In this document: positions 28,719 to 36,787 of the stretch, piece after piece
Numbering within the stretch: position 1 is the stretch's first letter
Layout of the letters: every line of letters begins with the position of its first letter
Origin: an uncultured bacterium
GTDB lineage: Bacteria > Fidelibacterota > Marinisomatia > Marinisomatales > TCS56
Direction: 5' to 3'
NCBI GenBank assembly: GCA_964410945.1
Contig: CAYPJE010000004.1
Span: 24,240 to 88,239, forward strand
DNA length: 64,000 nt
Translations under genes and position numbers: made by a program
Notes under the pieces: generated by a model
What the model saw: the letters and a program-made list of their open reading frames with translations, nothing else
The model's database searches: none
Told to the model about the DNA's origin: nothing

Positions 28719-29930
28719 TTATTTTGCTGACAGTTTAAGAAACCTGCGCTTCCCAACTTTAATAATTATATTTTCACCTGGAAGCAGTTCATGTTGAATA
28801 TCAGTGCATTGTTCACCGTTTAGCCGCACCGCACCCTGTTTGATCATTCGACGGGCATTTGATTTACTGTCAACTAACTGATTATCAAATATTACATCCA
28901 CCAGCAACTGGGCCTCATTCAAACAAATCTCAGCAATATCGTTCGGAATACCCTTCTGAATAAAAATATTATCGAAATGTTGTTCAGCTGCTATGGCGGC
29001 ATCGGAATCATGGTACAGTTCCACAATCATCCGCGCCAGACGGCGTTTTATATCGCGGGGATTAACAGCCGGATCGGCCAGTAGAGCCTTAATATCTGCC
29101 TGGACCGTATCGTCAGCATCGGCCGCTAACACATAATATTTGTAAATCAGTTCATCAGGAATCGAAAGCGTACGGCCATAGATGTCCGCCGGAGAATCCT
29201 GTAATCCGATATGATTGTCGTAGGATTTCGACATTTTCTCCTTACCATCAGTTCCTTCCAACAATGGCAAAGTGATAATTACCTGTGGCGCCTGTCCGTA
29301 TTCACGCTGTAGATCGCGCCCGACAAGTAAATTGAATTTCTGGTCGGTTCCGCCCAGCTCAACATCGGCCCTGAGCTCAACTGAATCCATTCCCTGGGCC
29401 AGCGGGTAAAGAAATTCATGTACTGAAATTGGAATCTCGGCCTTGAAACGTTTCGTAAAATCATCCCTCTCAAGCATTCTTGCCACCGTATAACGGCTGG
29501 CCAGTTTGATGACATCATTGAATGACATGGCTCCCAGCCAATCATTGTTATACACGATTTTCAGTCGCTCGATATCAAGAATTTTCTCGGCCTGTTCCAC
29601 ATAGCTGTCAGCATTTCGTTTCGTATCCTCAAGGGTCAGCTGTGGACGAGTCTTATTACGGCCGGACGGATCGCCGATCATGGCGGTAAAGTCACCGATA
29701 ACCAGGACAGCCTGATGTCCCAGATCCTGGAAATGGCGTAATTTCCTCAAGACAACACCATGTCCAATATGCAGATCAGGCCGGCTGGGATCGCACCCCA
29801 ATTTGACAATCAACGGTTGGCCGGTCTGTTCCGCCTGTTTTAATTTATGGACCAGCTCATCTTCGGGGATAATTTCTTCGGCACCCCGGCGAATTACCGC
29901 CATCTGTTCATCAATCGATAAAAATGTCAT
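28719..29930 (-). CDS. tyrS: Tyrosine--tRNA ligase
   Basis: 403 aa with the HIGH motif (LHIGHG), KMSKS and a C-terminal S4-like domain. Confidence 0.95.
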   Translation of the reverse strand: MTFLSIDEQMAVIRRGAEEIIPEDELVHKLKQAEQTGQPLIVKLGCDPSRPDLHIGHGVVLRKLRHFQDLGHQAVLVIGDFTAMIGDPSGRNKTRPQLTLEDTKRNADSYVEQAEKILDIERLKIVYNNDWLGAMSFNDVIKLASRYTVARMLERDDFTKRFKAEIPISVHEFLYPLAQGMDSVELRADVELGGTDQKFNLLVGRDLQREYGQAPQVIITLPLLEGTDGKEKMSKSYDNHIGLQDSPADIYGRTLSIPDELIYKYYVLAADADDTVQADIKALLADPAVNPRDIKRRLARMIVELYHDSDAAIAAEQHFDNIFIQKGIPNDIAEICLNEAQLLVDVIFDNQLVDSKSNARRMIKQGAVRLNGEQCTDIQHELLPGENIIIKVGKRRFLKLSAK

Positions 29931-30379
29931 CAGTAATTGCCCATTTCCCTTTCTGATTGTCGCTTTAAGTCTTTTGCTTTAAGGGCTTCCTTCTTGTCAT
30001 AGGAATGTTTTCCTTTAGCTACTGCAATCTCAAGTTTAGCCCATCCATCTTTAAAATATAACCGGACCGGTACGATCGTCATACCCTTCTGTTCCACTGC
30101 CCGCTGCAGTTTCGAAATTTCACGCCGATTCAGTAAAAGCTTCCGGTCGCGTACCGGTTCATGTCCCTGGTAACCGGTATGCGAATAAGGGCTGATATGT
30201 AACCCGACAGCCCAGGCTTCATTGGACCGGATAGTGATATATCCTTCCTTCAGATTGGCATGGCCCTCACGTAGACTTTTAACCTCACTGCCGGTCAATT
30301 CCAGTCCCGCTTCGTATTTTTCCAGCAGGAAATACTCATGAAAAGCCTTTCGGTTGGTAGCAATATTATGCGTGCTCAT
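29930..30379 (-). CDS. smpB: SsrA-binding protein
   Basis: 149 aa. The blocks NRKAFHEYFLLEKYEAGLELTGSEVKS and a basic C-terminal tail are present. Confidence 0.95.
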   Translation of the reverse strand: MSTHNIATNRKAFHEYFLLEKYEAGLELTGSEVKSLREGHANLKEGYITIRSNEAWAVGLHISPYSHTGYQGHEPVRDRKLLLNRREISKLQRAVEQKGMTIVPVRLYFKDGWAKLEIAVAKGKHSYDKKEALKAKDLKRQSEREMGNY

Positions 30380-30421
30380 TTCAGATTAACTGGTAATTGA
30401 TTATAATTTACAACTTATCGG

Positions 30422-30904
30422 TCATTTTTTAAATATACGTCGCCAGACTTCCATATCCACCGGCTTCATTTCCGGCTTTTTTTCTTCGGGCGGGTTCGAT
30501 CTGCCCTTTTTTTGATGCAATATTTTAATGAATTCCTGTGATGTGATGCTTTTCGATCCCCAATACTTTATTCCCCGTGCTACTGCCTTATCGGATGATA
30601 CGACTGAACAGGCTTTAGGATTATTCTGGGCCTGGATCAACTCTATTATTATCGTGTCGGCTTTTTTATGGGGTGGCGAAAACCGGACCTGCACATTCTG
30701 GCTGATTGGCGCTTCCAGACTGATAACATCGTCCTGGATACCATCGAAGACTACAATAATGTCCAGATTGCGGCGTTCGCTGAAGGCTACGATCATATCC
30801 AATAGCTTTTCCCTGGATTTTTCCAGGTTGTCTCTGGAAGAATCCAGCATTCCGGGAATGGCATGGATCAGATTATATCCATCAATTATGAGTTTTTCGC
30901 GCAT
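30422..30904 (-). CDS. NYN-domain (YacP/Rae1-like) predicted RNase
   Basis: 160 aa. The N-terminus MREKLIIDGYNLIH and the block VVFDG are typical of the YacP-like NYN family. Confidence 0.75.
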   Translation of the reverse strand: MREKLIIDGYNLIHAIPGMLDSSRDNLEKSREKLLDMIVAFSERRNLDIIVVFDGIQDDVISLEAPISQNVQVRFSPPHKKADTIIIELIQAQNNPKACSVVSSDKAVARGIKYWGSKSITSQEFIKILHQKKGRSNPPEEKKPEMKPVDMEVWRRIFKK

Positions 30905-30944
30905 TACTGTCAGTAAATCAATATTCGATCATTTGGGAATAAAT

Positions 30945-31030
30945 GGAGCGGGAAATTAATTTACTGATTTGAGAATTAAAATCACTATTCCCTGCTAACA
31001 ATAATTCACCTAAATTCCCGCTCCGCTTTT
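30945..31030. repeat. Long-range inverted repeat enclosing about 54 nt, followed by TTTT
   Basis: The arms are GGAGCGGGAAATT (30945-30957) and AAATTCCCGCTCC (31012-31024). They give 10 perfect base pairs, one mismatch and 2 further pairs. An inner hairpin pairs TGATTT (30965-30970) with AAATCA (30979-30984). Confidence 0.4.
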
Positions 31031-31049
31031 ATTCAAATTAAATTGATTT

Positions 31050-31133
31050 GCCCGGGTGGTGAAATTGGTAGACACGCTAGGTTCAGGGTCTAGTGATCGC
31101 GAGGTCGTGCTGGTTCAAGTCCAGTCCCGGGCA
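31050..31133 (+). tRNA. tRNA-Leu (anticodon CAG), class II with a long variable arm, no encoded CCA
   Basis: The cloverleaf was read by eye. The acceptor is GCCCGGG/CCCGGGC, the anticodon stem-loop is CTAGG-TTCAGGG-TCTAG, and the T-loop is GGTTCAAGTCC. Confidence 0.9.
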
Positions 31134-31284
31134 CAATTTTTCCTCTGATTTATATTTTATGGTTAAATATTCTTAATATCATCCTGCCATACTGCTCTGG
31201 AAGCAGTGTGTATAAAATTCATATGTTGATTTATTAATTCTGCTTAAGATTCCGGAATATTTACACCGAAAAACTGAGGCATAT

Positions 31285-32526
31285 ATGACTCCTTTAATTA
31301 CCAACGATGCAATTGTACTGGGTATTCTCATGGCAATCCTGGTATTCGTTTTCCGATCATCGCGCAGTTCACATCCCTTCTGGAAAAAATTCTATAAATA
31401 TGTGCCAACCCTGTTGATGTGTTATTTCCTGCCATCGATCCTCAACTCGATGGGCATCATTTCCGGGGAAGAATCAAAATTATACTTCGTTGCTTCCCGC
31501 TATCTGTTACCAACCAGTCTGGTTCTGTTGACGATCAGCATTGATCTTAAAGAGGTCATGCGCCTGGGACCGAAAGCATTGATTATGTTCTTTACCGGTA
31601 CCCTGGGAATCATTATTGGCGGTCCGTTGGCGATTCTGGTGGTATCCGCTTTTGCACCTGAAATTGTCGGTGGGGCCGGTCCCGATGCCGTCTGGCGCGG
31701 ATTAACTACCGTAGCCGGCAGCTGGATCGGTGGCGGTGCCAATCAGGCGGCCATGAAAGAAGTATTCGGAGTCAGTGACAATCTATTTTCAGCCATGATT
31801 GCAGTCGACGTAATTGTCGCAAATATCTGGATGGCCTTCCTGCTGTATGGTGCCGGAATCCACGAGCGGGTCGACGGCTGGTTTAAAGGCGATACTTCCG
31901 CTATCACCCATCTGCAGAAAAAAATTGAGGACTACCGGCTACAAATCAGTAAAATTCCCGATCTGACCGATGCAATAACTGTTGTTGGTGTTGGATTTGC
32001 CGTTACGGCCGTATCACATTTGCTGGCCGATCAAATCGCTCCCTGGATAAGTACCAACGCTCCTTACCTGGCAAAATTCAGTCTCACCTCCGGCTTTTTC
32101 TGGCTGATTGTTTCTGCCACGACTATTGCCCTTCTACTGTCTTTTACCAAACTCAGGAATCTGGAAGGGGTAGGCGCATCACGATTTGGCAGCCTGTTCC
32201 TTTATGTTCTGGTGGCTACCATCGGTATGAAAATGAATATCCTGGCGATATTCGATAATCCCGGTCTCTTTCTGGTAGGTATAATCTGGATGGCCTTCCA
32301 CGCCTCAATTCTGATCCTGGTGGCAAAGTTAATCAAAGCACCGTTTTTCTTCATGGCGGTGGGCAGCCAGGCCAATGTCGGTGGAGCAGCCTCGGCACCG
32401 ATCGTCGCGTCAGCTTTCCACTCATCATTAGCGCCCGTGGGGGTTCTGCTGGCGGTGCTGGGTTACGCCGTGGGGACCTATGGTGCCTGGCTCTGTGGTA
32501 TTATCATGCAGTTTGCCTCTCCCTGA
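31285..32526 (+). CDS. Polytopic membrane protein, probably DUF819 (YjcL-like) family
   Basis: 413 aa with roughly 11-12 predicted TM segments. The N-terminus MTPLITNDAIVLGILMAIL resembles DUF819 proteins as I recall them. Confidence 0.6.
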   Translation: MTPLITNDAIVLGILMAILVFVFRSSRSSHPFWKKFYKYVPTLLMCYFLPSILNSMGIISGEESKLYFVASRYLLPTSLVLLTISIDLKEVMRLGPKALIMFFTGTLGIIIGGPLAILVVSAFAPEIVGGAGPDAVWRGLTTVAGSWIGGGANQAAMKEVFGVSDNLFSAMIAVDVIVANIWMAFLLYGAGIHERVDGWFKGDTSAITHLQKKIEDYRLQISKIPDLTDAITVVGVGFAVTAVSHLLADQIAPWISTNAPYLAKFSLTSGFFWLIVSATTIALLLSFTKLRNLEGVGASRFGSLFLYVLVATIGMKMNILAIFDNPGLFLVGIIWMAFHASILILVAKLIKAPFFFMAVGSQANVGGAASAPIVASAFHSSLAPVGVLLAVLGYAVGTYGAWLCGIIMQFASP

Positions 32527-33114
32527 TCAATTTTCTGGATCAAGGGCGGCATATTGCTGCCAGAAACGGACTGCTTCGGCCCATTCGTCGGTAGAATATT
32601 CAGCTTTAGTTCCACCGGGCAACTCCAGCTGATTGCGCATCATTGTGACTGGCCCCATTGGCAGCATTTCTACGCCAACTGGAACGGCATTAATACTGAT
32701 CAGTTCCCAATCGGCGTTGGTTGTATGCTCATCATTTTCAGCCAGAACGGAATGACTGTATAAAACCAGTTCAACTTTTCCCGCCGGCAACGGTGTACCC
32801 TTCAGGGCGCGAATCTGAATATAGGGTTCCTCTCCCTCGCGCCGTGAAACAGTCCGGGCAGTCAATTGTGTTGTTTCATCAATCTTTACGAAAGGACAGT
32901 GGAATTTTCCGGTTAACTCCGGGCTAACCTGCACCAGAACAACCCCACGCCGATATCCCTGCCGGTAATATCCAGCCCCCAGTTGCTTGGCAGCATGGTC
33001 TGCGATTTGTTCAAAGGTCAGTTCTTCAGCGTAGGTTTTACCGGAGCCTTTGACCTGTCGCCGAACAAAATCATTTACCGCGACGGCTGGTTGAGATGAC
33101 AACCTGTCACCCAT
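32527..33114 (-). CDS. Hypothetical protein (195 aa), family not assignable from memory (possibly DUF3228-like)
   Basis: A long ORF with normal-looking codon usage. Its start overlaps the stop of the upstream 88-aa ORF by 8 nt. Confidence 0.55.
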   Translation of the reverse strand: MGDRLSSQPAVAVNDFVRRQVKGSGKTYAEELTFEQIADHAAKQLGAGYYRQGYRRGVVLVQVSPELTGKFHCPFVKIDETTQLTARTVSRREGEEPYIQIRALKGTPLPAGKVELVLYSHSVLAENDEHTTNADWELISINAVPVGVEMLPMGPVTMMRNQLELPGGTKAEYSTDEWAEAVRFWQQYAALDPEN

Positions 33115-33373
33115 TTGCAGAATTTATCTTTTCAATATTCATATATACCGGCTTATTTCCCATAAAATAATGATAATCGAGAATTCCATAACCTTCCTGG
33201 TGCCTGGTTGGACAGGAGGCACAGGCCGGTCGGCCGTCAACTTTGTGGCGCAGTACTTTTAAGATTTTATCATCGGTTTCCCTGGCACCCGGTACTAATT
33301 CTTCATCGGTTTCAACATACCAGCGTAAGGTTACCAGATAGCGGTTTTTATTTTCCATAGATTTCTCCATCAA
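33107..33373 (-). CDS. Hypothetical small protein (88 aa)
   Basis: The ORF lies 70 nt downstream of dinB on the same strand and overlaps the next ORF. It contains CASCPTRH. I recognise no family. Confidence 0.4.
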   Translation of the reverse strand: MMEKSMENKNRYLVTLRWYVETDEELVPGARETDDKILKVLRHKVDGRPACASCPTRHQEGYGILDYHYFMGNKPVYMNIEKINSANG

Positions 33374-33443
33374 CTATTGCCCCTGCTGATTAAAATTTAG
33401 ATTCAGTTAATAGAGATACACAAGACCAGGAAATGTTCCCGGA

Positions 33444-34517
33444 TTATTTACCATTGAAATTCAATGCCAACTGGCTGATAACCGGTTCGAAATTGCTCAC
33501 ACCCACTCCCAGTAATCTGATAGGGCGTGCAGATTTCCATTCTTTAAGGAATAAATCACGCGCAGCCCTGGCAATTTCCTTTTCCGAGCAGGTATAGGTT
33601 GATATGGATAATTGCCGCGTGATAGTTTTGAAATCCAGATACCTGATTTTGACAGTTATTGTTTTCCCCTTGAAATTATTCCGGTTGAGCTGTGTCGCCA
33701 CTTCTGCACTCATATGGTCAAGTTTATCGAGTAATTCATCTTCTGAATCGATATCATCCTTAAACGTTCGTTCGGTACTGATCGATTTAGCAGCCTGTTC
33801 CTCACATACTGCCCTATCATCAAACCCCCGCGACCAACGATACATATCACGGCCCATTTTTCCGAATACCTTGATTAATACCAGTTCGGACTGACTTTGC
33901 AGATCGTTCACCGTTACCACACCCATCGATTTTAGCTTATCAGCTGTTTTCGGGCCAATACCAGGAATTTTATTGACCGTCAGTGGTGCCAGAAATGATT
34001 TTTCCTTTCCCGGTGCCACAATGGTCATTCCTTCCGGCTTTTCAAAATCGGATGCAATTTTAGCAATCATCTTATTAGTACTCAGACCCACAGATACGGA
34101 TAGACCGATATCCCTCTTAATGCGGTGCTGAATATTTTTTACCGCCGCAATTCCGTCATCCCAATGCTCAAGACAATCGGATAAATCCAGATATGCTTCA
34201 TCCACACTTACCTGCTGAACCTGGTCGGAATGGGATCTCAGGATACCCATGATGATTTTTGAATATGTGCGGTAAGCCTTAAAGCGCGGTGGTTTTATAA
34301 CTAAATCGGAGCAAAGTTTCTGGGCTTTGAACATCGACATGGCCGAATGAATGCCAAACTCGCGTGCCGGGTAAGATGCGGCGGCCACCACACCTCGTTC
34401 TTCCGCTAATCCTCCTACTACGAGGGGCTGGCCTTTCAGGCTGGGATCCAACAATACTTCTACAGAACAGAAAAAGGCATCCAGGTCAAAATGTGCTATG
34501 GAACGAATGTTAGAAAT
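33444..34517 (-). CDS. dinB: DNA polymerase IV (Y-family), probable non-canonical ATT start
   Basis: The body contains SVDEAYLDL and a little-finger region. The ORF track begins at TTG 34454. The in-frame upstream codons encode SNIRSIAHFDLDAFFCSVEVL, which includes the catalytic-Asp motif, and contain no ATG/GTG/TTG. ATT at 34517 lies 6 nt after AGGAG (34528-34524). Confidence 0.9.
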   Translation of the reverse strand: MSNIRSIAHFDLDAFFCSVEVLLDPSLKGQPLVVGGLAEERGVVAAASYPAREFGIHSAMSMFKAQKLCSDLVIKPPRFKAYRTYSKIIMGILRSHSDQVQQVSVDEAYLDLSDCLEHWDDGIAAVKNIQHRIKRDIGLSVSVGLSTNKMIAKIASDFEKPEGMTIVAPGKEKSFLAPLTVNKIPGIGPKTADKLKSMGVVTVNDLQSQSELVLIKVFGKMGRDMYRWSRGFDDRAVCEEQAAKSISTERTFKDDIDSEDELLDKLDHMSAEVATQLNRNNFKGKTITVKIRYLDFKTITRQLSISTYTCSEKEIARAARDLFLKEWKSARPIRLLGVGVSNFEPVISQLALNFNGK

Positions 34518-34537
34518 CAGCTGCTCCTGAAAAATGA

Positions 34538-35134
34538 CTAATCCATTTTATCCATGAAACTGGCTATACCACTCAACAGCATCTCAACTGAGATAGTGGT
34601 TAGTATCATCCCCATCAATCGTTCAATGGCGGCCAATCCCCGCTTTCTGATAATTTTTCGTAGACCTTCCGAAAAATACAGCAGGACCGATGAAACCAGC
34701 CAGGCTCCCAGCATGGCCACCATTATTTCCCATTTCTGGTTCGATTGTTTGGATACCATTAACAGGATTGTGGCAATGGTTGAAGGCCCTGCCACCAATG
34801 GAATCGCCAGAGGAACAATGAACGGTTCCAGTTCAGGATCCTCCCCCATCAGTCCCTGGTGGCGCAGGGGAAATATCATCCGGATTGCAATAATGAACAG
34901 AATTATCCCACCGGCAATGCTCAACGACGGCTCACTGATCGATAAAGCACGCATCATTGGTGTTCCAAAAAAGAAAAAACACAGCATTATTACCAGGGCA
35001 ATCAACAACTCCCGGATAATGATTTTCCTGCGTCGATCTTCATCGACATAGTTCAAGACGGATAAAAATACCGGAATGTTACCCAGAGGGTCCATTACCA
35101 GGAACAGTGTTATTGCTGCGGTCCAGATCGTCAT
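34538..35134 (-). CDS. MarC-family (UPF0056) membrane protein
   Basis: 198 aa with 6 TM segments. The N-terminus carries LFLVMDPLGNIPVFLSVL. Confidence 0.8.
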   Translation of the reverse strand: MTIWTAAITLFLVMDPLGNIPVFLSVLNYVDEDRRRKIIIRELLIALVIMLCFFFFGTPMMRALSISEPSLSIAGGIILFIIAIRMIFPLRHQGLMGEDPELEPFIVPLAIPLVAGPSTIATILLMVSKQSNQKWEIMVAMLGAWLVSSVLLYFSEGLRKIIRKRGLAAIERLMGMILTTISVEMLLSGIASFMDKMD

Positions 35135-35347
35135 ATTTTACCTGCTCGGTTAAGTAGCTAAAATTACTGGAAATTTAGACCACAATACAATTTTAGACTT
35201 GTAAATACAGGAGAAATAATTATCAGGATTGCCCGTATGTCATACTTAGGAATTGTCAGTATGTTATATATGCAAACAGTGCTGTCAAATAGGAATAATT
35301 CCTTGTGGCAATATTTTTTCCATGTAAACCTGGCAGTAAATGTTCAC

Positions 35348-35363
35348 TGGCATGCAGCTTGTT
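35348..35363 (+). promoter_or_regulatory. Candidate sigma-54 (-24/-12) promoter upstream of the small HSP gene
   Basis: TGGCATGCAGCTTGTT compared with the consensus TGGCACG-N4-TTGCW shows two C-to-T deviations, one of them in the -12 GC. The element ends about 50 nt upstream of the ATG at 35413. Confidence 0.3.
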
Positions 35364-35412
35364 CCAATAGAGTCGTGAAAGAAAAAACTTAATCTTGAAA
35401 AGGAGAATAAAA

Positions 35413-35859
35413 ATGACATTAGTAAAATGGCATCCAAACACGACTTTAAGGCCCCGGAATTCATTCGATCGTTTAGTACGGGATTTCTTTAACGACAGCT
35501 ATGGCTACGAAGAGGAATCAACTGGCCTGAACTGGGCCCCTTCCACCGACATCCAGGAAGATGAGAAGAAATTCACTGTCACTGCCGATTTACCTGGCCT
35601 GGATAAAAAAGACGTTCACATTCATGTAAAAGATAATGTGTTAACCATTAAAGGAGAGCGCGTCCTGGCGAAGGAAGATAAAAACACCAACTACCACCGC
35701 CGTGAACGCTCCAGCGGGAATTTCCAACGTTGCTTCCGCCTGCCAGACATGGTGAATGAAGACCAGATTGGTGCCAAATTCAAGAATGGGATATTGTCAA
35801 TAGAGCTTCCAAAAACTGAAGCCGTACAGCCCAAAGAAATTGAAATCAAAGTCGCTTAA
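35413..35859 (+). CDS. Hsp20/alpha-crystallin family small heat-shock protein
   Basis: The alpha-crystallin domain reads DIQEDEKKFTVTADLPGLDKKDVHIHVKDNVLTIKGER...FQRCFRLP...GILSIELPK. AAGGAG lies 8 nt upstream of the ATG at 35413. The ORF track starts at TTG 35395. Confidence 0.92.
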   Translation: MTLVKWHPNTTLRPRNSFDRLVRDFFNDSYGYEEESTGLNWAPSTDIQEDEKKFTVTADLPGLDKKDVHIHVKDNVLTIKGERVLAKEDKNTNYHRRERSSGNFQRCFRLPDMVNEDQIGAKFKNGILSIELPKTEAVQPKEIEIKVA

Positions 35860-35880
35860 TTAGTTCGATCCATCCCCCAC

Positions 35881-35917
35881 AAAAAAGCCCGGTGCGAAAG
35901 CATCGGGCTTTTTTTAT
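35881..35917. terminator. Bidirectional rho-independent terminator between the convergent hsp20 and SDR genes
   Basis: The sequence is AAAAAA-GCCCGGTGC-GAAA-GCATCGGGC-TTTTTTT. The stem is 9 bp including one G.U pair, the loop is a GNRA tetraloop, and A and T tracts sit on either side. Confidence 0.75.
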
Positions 35918-35931
35918 TCAAAATATGATGG

Positions 35932-36675
35932 TCAGGTTACTGTTCCACCATCGACATTTAAGACCGCCCCGGTTATATAGCTGGCCTCATCACTGGCCAG
36001 GAAACAATAGGCATTGGCTATTTCGATGCTTTCTCCCATACGGCCCAGCGGAACCCTCTGCAACATCATGTCCATAACCTTATCGGGAATCCCGGCTGTC
36101 ATTTCGGTTTTGATAAAACCGGGAGCAACCGCATTAACACGGATATTCTTACGTCCCAGCTCCCTGGCCCAGACCTTTGACATCCCAATAACACCAGCCT
36201 TAGTGGCAACGTAATTGGTCTGTCCGAAATTACCTGTATGGGCGACAACCGAGGAAGCGTTGAGGATTACACCACCATTTTCAGGATCCATTAAAGCGAC
36301 GGCCGCCTGAGTACACAGAAATACACCTTTCAGATTAACATCGATAACCTTATCAAATTTATCAACATCCAGCTTCTTCAGAGTACTGTCCATTAGGATA
36401 CCGGCATTATTAACCAGGATGTCGACCCGACCATAGTTCTGTTCAATCATGCCAAACAGATTCCCTACACTTTCAATATCGCTGACATCGGTTTTGACGA
36501 AATCGGTCTTACCACCCTGATCGGCAATATCACTGGCGGTTTTCAGTCCGTTTTCTTCATCGTAATCGGCAATAATAACCGTGGCTCCCTCTTCGGCAAA
36601 TTTCAGAGCGGTTGATCTTCCAATCCCCCGTGCCGCACCTGTAATAACAGCAATTTTATCTTTAAGACGCTGCAT
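35932..36675 (-). CDS. SDR-family oxidoreductase, FabG-like 3-oxoacyl-ACP reductase
   Basis: 247 aa. Motifs TGAARGIG, NNAG and YVATKAG (YxxxK) are present. Confidence 0.85.
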   Translation of the reverse strand: MQRLKDKIAVITGAARGIGRSTALKFAEEGATVIIADYDEENGLKTASDIADQGGKTDFVKTDVSDIESVGNLFGMIEQNYGRVDILVNNAGILMDSTLKKLDVDKFDKVIDVNLKGVFLCTQAAVALMDPENGGVILNASSVVAHTGNFGQTNYVATKAGVIGMSKVWARELGRKNIRVNAVAPGFIKTEMTAGIPDKVMDMMLQRVPLGRMGESIEIANAYCFLASDEASYITGAVLNVDGGTVT

Positions 36676-36787
36676 GTGAATACCCCTTTATTCTTTTGTT
36701 TGGAACAATTTTATTAAAATTCTTTAGAAAATCTCATTAGGTTGTGAAATTTAGCCTTCTCAAACAGCATTAATCCAATAAAAAGCT

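Noticed and set aside
29931-30379. Expected T-box or other leader upstream of tyrS
   Set aside because: The tyrS ATG overlaps the smpB stop by 1 nt (TGATG at 29928-29932), so there is no space for a leader RNA.
32527-33373. The 88-aa and 195-aa ORFs might be one frameshifted gene (pseudogene)
   Set aside because: The 195-aa ORF has its own ATG, and the 8-nt overlap is a common coupling arrangement. I have no homolog in memory spanning both. This remains untested rather than supported.
31050-34517. Possible genomic island integrated at tRNA-Leu(CAG), covering the strand switch, unknown ORFs and dinB
   Set aside because: I saw no integrase, recombinase or transposase, and no direct repeat of the tRNA 3' end downstream. 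GC counted on two 60-nt lines of the 195-aa ORF (50% and 47%) was no different from a sampled housekeeping line (47%).
35135-35300. SOS (LexA) box upstream of marC-dinB. The palindromic ACAGTGCTGT and TGTCAGT...ACAG segments were noticed.
   Set aside because: The half-site orientation and spacing do not match CTGT-N8-ACAG, GAAC-N4-GTTC or any other LexA consensus I know. The region also serves the divergent hsp20 promoter.
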